Source: Eledone cirrhosa
Lineage: Eukaryota
Reading direction: 5' to 3'
DNA length: 64,000 nt
Assembly (NCBI GenBank): GCA_964016885.1
Contig: OZ024742.1
Span: 73,036,001-73,100,000 of the forward strand
The position numbers were made by a program, and so were the translations under genes. The notes below the pieces were generated by a model. The model ran no database searches. It saw nothing but the letters and a program-made list of their open reading frames with translations, and was not told the origin of the DNA. This document shows, piece by piece, positions 59,090 to 64,000 of the stretch (the first letter of the stretch is position 1; every line of letters starts with the position of its first letter).

Positions 59090-61545
59090 TGACCAAGAAC
59101 ATGTTCTCCAGCCTCCTTTTGAACCACCCGAATCTTACTACCCCAACATTCCCCAAATCCACAACTCCCCATGGAGTAAAACATCACATTCTAACCACTG
59201 GCCCTTTAGTACACAGCCTGCACGTCATCTACCACCAGACAACTCTATCATTGCAAGGGTCAAGATTGACAATATGGAAGCTTGGGGAATCATTTGTGTT
59301 CCTAGTCAGCACCTCTACATGTAGCACCAAAACCCAACAGAGGTTGGTGACTTTGCAGGGATTATCGCCATCTCAAGACAAGCACTACACCCAACTGCTA
59401 CTCTATTCCACATATACAAGACTTCTCGGTTCAGTTATTCAGGTGCTCAATTGGACTCATCTGAGGTTATCATCAAATACCTATACAAGATGATTTTCCT
59501 AAGACCACCGTTACCACTCCTTTCAGACTGTGTGAATTTCTACATACACTTTTCGGTTTAAAAAACACAACACAATCCTTTCAACACTTGATGAACACTG
59601 TGTGCATGGGTCTAGATTGAGTTTTTGTATACTAGGACATCTTTATTCCAAGTCAAAAGACAGAACTTCACAAGAAGCACCTGTTGGTTTTTTTTTTTAT
59701 AAGCTTGAACAATATAGTTTGGTAGTCAGCCCTGCCAAGTGTGGCTTTGGTATTAAAGAAATTGGCTTTCTTGGACATTGAATCACAGGTGCTGGTGCTA
59801 CACCCCTTCCAAAAAAGGTAAAAGTTATCTTATCCTTTCCACACCCCAAAAGCGAGGCTCTACCCCAATTTGTAGGAATGTTAAACTTCATTATCGTTTC
59901 ATCCCCTATGCAGCAACATTGATGAGACCACTGTACAAAGTGCTATCAGGAAAAAAGTTCCAAAAAACTGGTGGAGTGGGACTTAATGACCTCAGCCTTC
60001 AAATCCACAAAAGAAGCTCTTGCTAAAGCACTCATATTTCCCATCCTCATATGTCAGCATCAACCACACTTACTGTTTCTGATATAACTGTTCCAGGTAT
60101 TTTAGAATAATACATCAATGGTCATTGGTGGCCTCTAGCTTTCTTCAGTTGACAACTATAACTGCCTGAACAGAAATATAGTGCTTTCAACAACGAACTG
60201 CTAGCTGCCCATTTAAGCATTCAACACTTTTGCTATATTTTGGAAGGTTGAACCTTTATGATGTTCACAGTCTGTAAACCACTCACCTTTGCTATGAACA
60301 AGCTATCAGAGCCATAATCTACACATCAACACTGACAATTATCAACAATTTCTGATTACTATTGATATTCAGCACATATGTGGAAAAAGCAACCCAGTTG
60401 CTGATGCACTCTCTAGAACATCTATTGGCTCTGACACTTACATAGCCTCAATAACAGAAAGTCTTGACTATGAAGCTATGGCCATAGTTCAACAAACAGA
60501 TGATGACGTCAAGGCCTACTGCACTGCTGTCACTTCCCTTTCCTTACAGGATATACATTTCAGTTCCAACAGAACAACCCTCCTTTGTGATATATCCTCC
60601 AGGGAAAACCATGACTACTCATTTCATTAGCCTGGTGGCAAAAAATTTTTGACATCATTCATGGACTCTCCCACCAAGTACCAGAGTCACATGTTACCCG
60701 ATCTCTAGCAAATTTGTCTGGTATAGCAAAAGCTGTATTCTCTGCCAACAAGTCAAAGTCCATCAGTATACCAAAGCACTCCTCAGCAGCTATAAACCTC
60801 CACAGACCTATTTCGCCCCTTATCTTTGTTTGGTTGCTAGTACTTATTGATGATGGTGTACTGCTTCACTTGTTGGCCATACCTCTCAGCAGGACAGAAA
60901 CACAGGAAATCACCCGCACCTTCGTTAAAAACTGGGTCGCCCATTTTGGTGTCACAGACAGCATCACATCCGACAGCAGACCTCAATTCACCTCGAAACT
61001 GTGGAACGACATGTGCAAACTTTTTGGCATCAACATGAAATGCACAACAGCCTATCACCCCCAGGCCAATGGCTTAGTGGAGAGATTTCACCACTGCTTG
61101 AAAGAATCCATCATAACCAAACTTAATGGGCCCAAATGAATCAACCAGCTTCCATGATGCTGGGAATCTGCACTGCACCAAAGGAAGACCACAGAAATGG
61201 TGTATGGCACTCTGCTCATTGTACGAGGGGAATTAATTCCAAACACAAAGTCAGATCTGGATGCCAAAAAGTATCTGGAATAACTGAGAGACAACATGGG
61301 CCATTTACGCCCTAGTCCCATGTCAACGCACAATACATCTAGGTCCACTGTACCAAATGACCTCCACAAGGTGAAGTTTGTTTTCATTCATTGCGATGCA
61401 CAACGAAAACCACTACAGTTACCCTATGATGGACCATACAAGGTGATTCATTCAGGAGACAAGTCATTTCAACTCTTGATTGGAAGACAATAGGACATGG
61501 TTTACATTGACAGATTGAAACCAGCCTATCTTGACATTGACAGGT
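59090..61545 (+). pseudogene. pol: Gypsy pol pseudogene (RT about 59250-59780, RNase H about 60060-60420, integrase about 60650-61540) with many stops, frameshifts and small deletions
   Basis: Translated across frames. RT: W*LCRDYRHL, YSIPHIQDF, GYHQIP, DDFPKTTVTTPFRLCEFLHTLFGLKN and FVY*DI (broken YxDD at 59630-59638). RNase H: WWPLAFFS*QL, KYSAFNNELLA, GKSNPVADALSR. Integrase: HGLSH (60660) ... CILC zinc finger, ITSDSRPQFTS, TTAYHPQANGLVERFH, GPY/F motif. The ORF-track entries at 59089, 59778, 60714, 60847 and 61296 are pieces of this. Confidence 0.95.
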
Positions 61546-61682
61546 CGTTCAAGTAGCTCAGCCACTAAACTGAGGCAGTCATAGGCAAGTCACACCAAAC
61601 CCTAACGACAACCAGTCGTCAAAGAACCAACAAGCTGGGTGGTAAAAATACCTTATTGGTTCCAATGACAATCAACAGTTCT

Positions 61683-61691
61683 GAGGGGGAG
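61683..61691 (+). other. Polypurine tract (PPT) of the Gypsy element
   Basis: GAGGGGGAG lies about 140 bp after the pol end and 3 nt before the putative LTR start. Confidence 0.75.
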
Positions 61692-61694
61692 CTA

Positions 61695-61903
61695 TATAGA
61701 GTATTGCCCACAAACTTGTAAAAGACAAACTGTTGATGGCAGTCCTTAACTGAGGACTTATTGGACTGGGCAGCAGAAAAACGAACTTTTGGGAGGCAGG
61801 GAACAGGACCTGGACCTCAGGGGTACATCGCTCTTTCTTATGTTTATCAATGTTTGTCATCCAATAAATAACAGTTCAAAAATCAGTTTGTTCTTATTTT
61901 ACA
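61695..61903 (+). repeat. Putative 3' LTR (about 209 bp)
   Basis: Starts TATAG (degenerate TGTAG) right after the PPT, contains AATAAA at 61863-61868 and ends TTACA. There is no partner LTR in the window to confirm the boundaries. Confidence 0.62.
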
Positions 61904-62032
61904 TATAGCTTAACTAAAGCTATACATTAAAGAGATGTAGTGGGATAATGAGTAGACTAACAGGAAAAGAAGCCTTTGTATGTAGAAGATGCATAGGGGT
62001 AACCAAGGATATAAACCTTTTCCAGTCACAGG

Positions 62033-62549
62033 AAGCTAGAAAATAGATAGATGGAAAAAGTTTTGGGAGCTACTCCCACTGTTGACCACAAAAGGTTTCT
62101 CTCTATGTACAAAAGGATGACTGTATGACATGGGCTGTGACTGCAGAAGACATACACAGACTGGAGATAAATGAAGCAACCATGCTCTGTTGGATGTGCA
62201 ATGTAAATGTGAGAGAAAGGCAGAGCTTGGATGAGTTGAGGGAGAAGCTGGGTTTAAGAGGAATCCGCCGAGATGGAGTGCAGGAAAGAAGACTGTGTTG
62301 GTATGGACATGTGATACGCATGAACAATGATTGCTGAGTGAAGAAATGCCAGGAAATGGCAGTCGAAGGAAGTCGCAGTAGTGGCAGACCAAGAAAGACT
62401 TGAGCAAAGGGTTGTGAGAGCTGACCTCAAATCACTGAGACTCACAGAGGAGATTACAAAGGAACGCAACAAGTGGACAGATGCCATGCTGAAAAGGACC
62501 TGTCCAACCCATGCAAGCGTGGAAAAATGGCTGTAAAAACGATGATGAT
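62033..62549 (+). mobile_element. 3' fragment of an RTE-clade non-LTR retrotransposon (degenerate RT C-terminal region, short 3' end, (GAT)n tail)
   Basis: Translates to WKKFWELLPLLTTKGFSL ... TWAVTAEDIHRLEINEATMLCWMCNV ... ELREKLGL ... RRLCWYGHVIRM ... GRPRKT*. These match the RTE motifs ETW, MLRW, RLRWFGHV.RM and GRPRKTW. It ends GTCCAACCCATGCAAGCGTGGAAAAATGGCTGTAAAAACGATGATGAT. Confidence 0.9.
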
Positions 62550-62624
62550 TATGTATTTGTAAACATACACATATGCGTATACATCAGACATTTCCTCCAG
62601 TAATCTCTCTCTAATACATACGCC

Positions 62625-62662
<38 letters not shown>
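62625..62662. repeat. (CT)n(CA)n compound microsatellite
   Basis: Direct read of the sequence. Confidence 0.9.
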
Positions 62663-62756
62663 AATAGAAAGACAGGCAGAGAATAGAAAGGAAGAAATAA
62701 AGTGATCTCACTGGAGTGGAGTGAGAACTGATGCATGTATAACTTACTGACTACAA

Positions 62757-63057
62757 TCACACACTCTCTCACTCACACTCTCTCTCTCACACACACACAT
62801 ACACTCTCTCACTAACTCGCGCTCTCTCTCACACACTCTCTCTCTCTAACTCACTTACTCTCTCTCTCTCTCTCACTAACTCTCTCTCTCTCTCTCTTAC
62901 ACACACACACACTATCTCTCTCACTCTCACACACACTCTCTCACTAACTCACTCTCTCTCTCTCACACACACACTCTCTCTCACTAACTCTCTCTCTCCC
63001 TTACACACACACACACTATCTCTCTCACTCTCACACACACTCTCTCTCACTAACTCA

Positions 63058-63089
<32 letters not shown>

Positions 63090-63181
63090 CTCACTAACTC
63101 TCTCTCTCTCTTACACACACACACACTATCTCTCTCACTCTCACACACACTCTCTCTCACTAACTCACTCTCTCTCACTAA

Positions 63182-63212
<31 letters not shown>

Positions 63213-63394
63213 TATCTCTCTCACTCTCACACACACTCTCTCTCACTAACTCTCTCTCTCTCACACGCACACTCTCTCTCACTAACTCGCTCTCTCTCAC
63301 ACACACACTCTCTCTCTAACTCACTCTCTCTCTCTCACACACTCTCTCACTAACTCAATTGCTCTCTCTCTCACACACACACACACTCTCTCTC
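62757..63394. repeat. Compound CT/CA minisatellite with recurring (CA)CTAAC anchors
   Basis: Alternating (CT)n and (CA)n runs punctuated by 13 CTAAC motifs. There is a roughly 110-bp super-unit (CTTACACAC at about 62897, 63000, 63110 and 63194). Confidence 0.9.
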
Positions 63395-63478
63395 CAGTCA
63401 GCATTGAACAACATGAAGATCTGTGATAGTGGAAGGAGGGAGGGTACTAAGGCTATCTTTGAGATGACTAACTTCTCT

Positions 63479-63866
63479 CACAGTGTAAACACATTAGATA
63501 AAGCAGCACACACACATACACTGTGTGTAAATATATTAGATAAGGCTGCACACACATATACACACACACACAGTATAAATACATTAGATAAAACTGCATA
63601 CGCACACACACACAATGTAAACACATTAAATATAGCTGCACACACACACACACACATATGCACACACACACTCACACAGTGTAAACACATTAAATATAGC
63701 TGCACACACACACACACACAGTGTAAACACATTAAATATAGCTGCACACACACACACACTCACAGTGTAAACACATTAAATATAGCTGCACACACACACA
63801 CACACACAGTGTAAACACATTAGATATAGCTACACACACGCACACACACACACACAAACACACACA
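63479..63866. repeat. About 42-64-bp minisatellite, 8 units: CAGTGTAAACACATTA[G/A]ATATAGCTG(CA)n
   Basis: Units start near 63480, 63522, 63571, 63613, 63677, 63719, 63763 and 63806. The core is constant and the (CA)n spacer varies. Confidence 0.9.
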
Positions 63867-63931
63867 GCTTCAGTCATGTGGAACCTGTGGGATTTATTCA
63901 TGATATAGTCACTGCATCACGCATCACACAA

Positions 63932-64000
63932 CATATACCACATATATACACATATATATATTATATACATCCATATATTAGACTTATACACATATATTAT
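63932..64000. repeat. Degenerate (TA)/(CA) low-complexity tract
   Basis: CATATATACACATATATATATTATATAC... Confidence 0.7.

Larger units (their letters stand above)
59090..61903 (+). mobile_element. 5'-truncated, decayed Ty3/Gypsy LTR retrotransposon (CsRn1/Kabuki-like)
   Basis: Domain order is RT-RNase H-integrase, followed by a polypurine tract and LTR. HGVKHHILTTGP before RT and PYDGPYKV...IDRLKPAYL at the integrase C-terminus are typical of this clade. No 5' LTR, gag or protease is present in the window. Confidence 0.93.

Noticed and set aside
59089-59493. Satellite-initiated 134-aa gene (ATG formed at the junction)
   Set aside because: Only the first roughly 43 codons follow the pol frame before a frameshift. 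The ATG is incidental and there is no evidence of expression.
59688-59698. Poly-T run as a retroposed tail
   Set aside because: RT homology continues on both sides, so it is most simply a homopolymer expansion.
61690-61924. Short inverted repeats at the LTR ends (AGCTATAT/ATATAGCT; TATAGCTT-N5-AAGCTATA) and TATAG similarity to the satellite
   Set aside because: 8-bp AT-rich matches are too short to support a MITE, a terminator or a satellite origin from the LTR.
59697-62711. Minus-strand ORFs (59697, 60837, 61088, 61672, 62036, 62103, 62254, 62454)
   Set aside because: These are antisense shadows of the Gypsy, RTE and microsatellite sequence, with no recognisable motifs.
63359-63814. 151-aa His/Thr-rich ORF and the Cys/Val-rich antisense ORFs
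   Set aside because: These are translations of the (CA)n-containing minisatellite, and the ORF start is non-ATG.

Overview
Eukaryotic, repeat-only window with no intact protein-coding gene. The SINE and RTE ends resemble octopus/cephalopod repeats as I recall them, so the taxon is an inference. Positions 1-59089 are one uninterrupted AT-rich tandem satellite of a 28-bp monomer (consensus ACAGTGTATTATAGAAGACTATAGCAA[T/G], about 2,100 copies, open at the left edge). It has nested higher-order duplications of about 0.6-1, 2.4, 7.7 and 10.45 kb, and carries three near-identical copies of a single tRNA-derived SINE insertion. The array ends abruptly against a 5'-truncated, heavily decayed Ty3/Gypsy element (CsRn1/Kabuki-like pol RT-RH-IN, PPT and 3' LTR; 59090-61903). 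A 3' fragment of an RTE-clade LINE (about 62033-62549) and CT/CA-rich micro- and minisatellites follow. I found no convincing new enzymatic system. The most interesting signals are the satellite architecture, the satellite/Gypsy junction, the captured SINE and a CpG-decay signature. All offsets were read by eye from marker variants, not computed by alignment.
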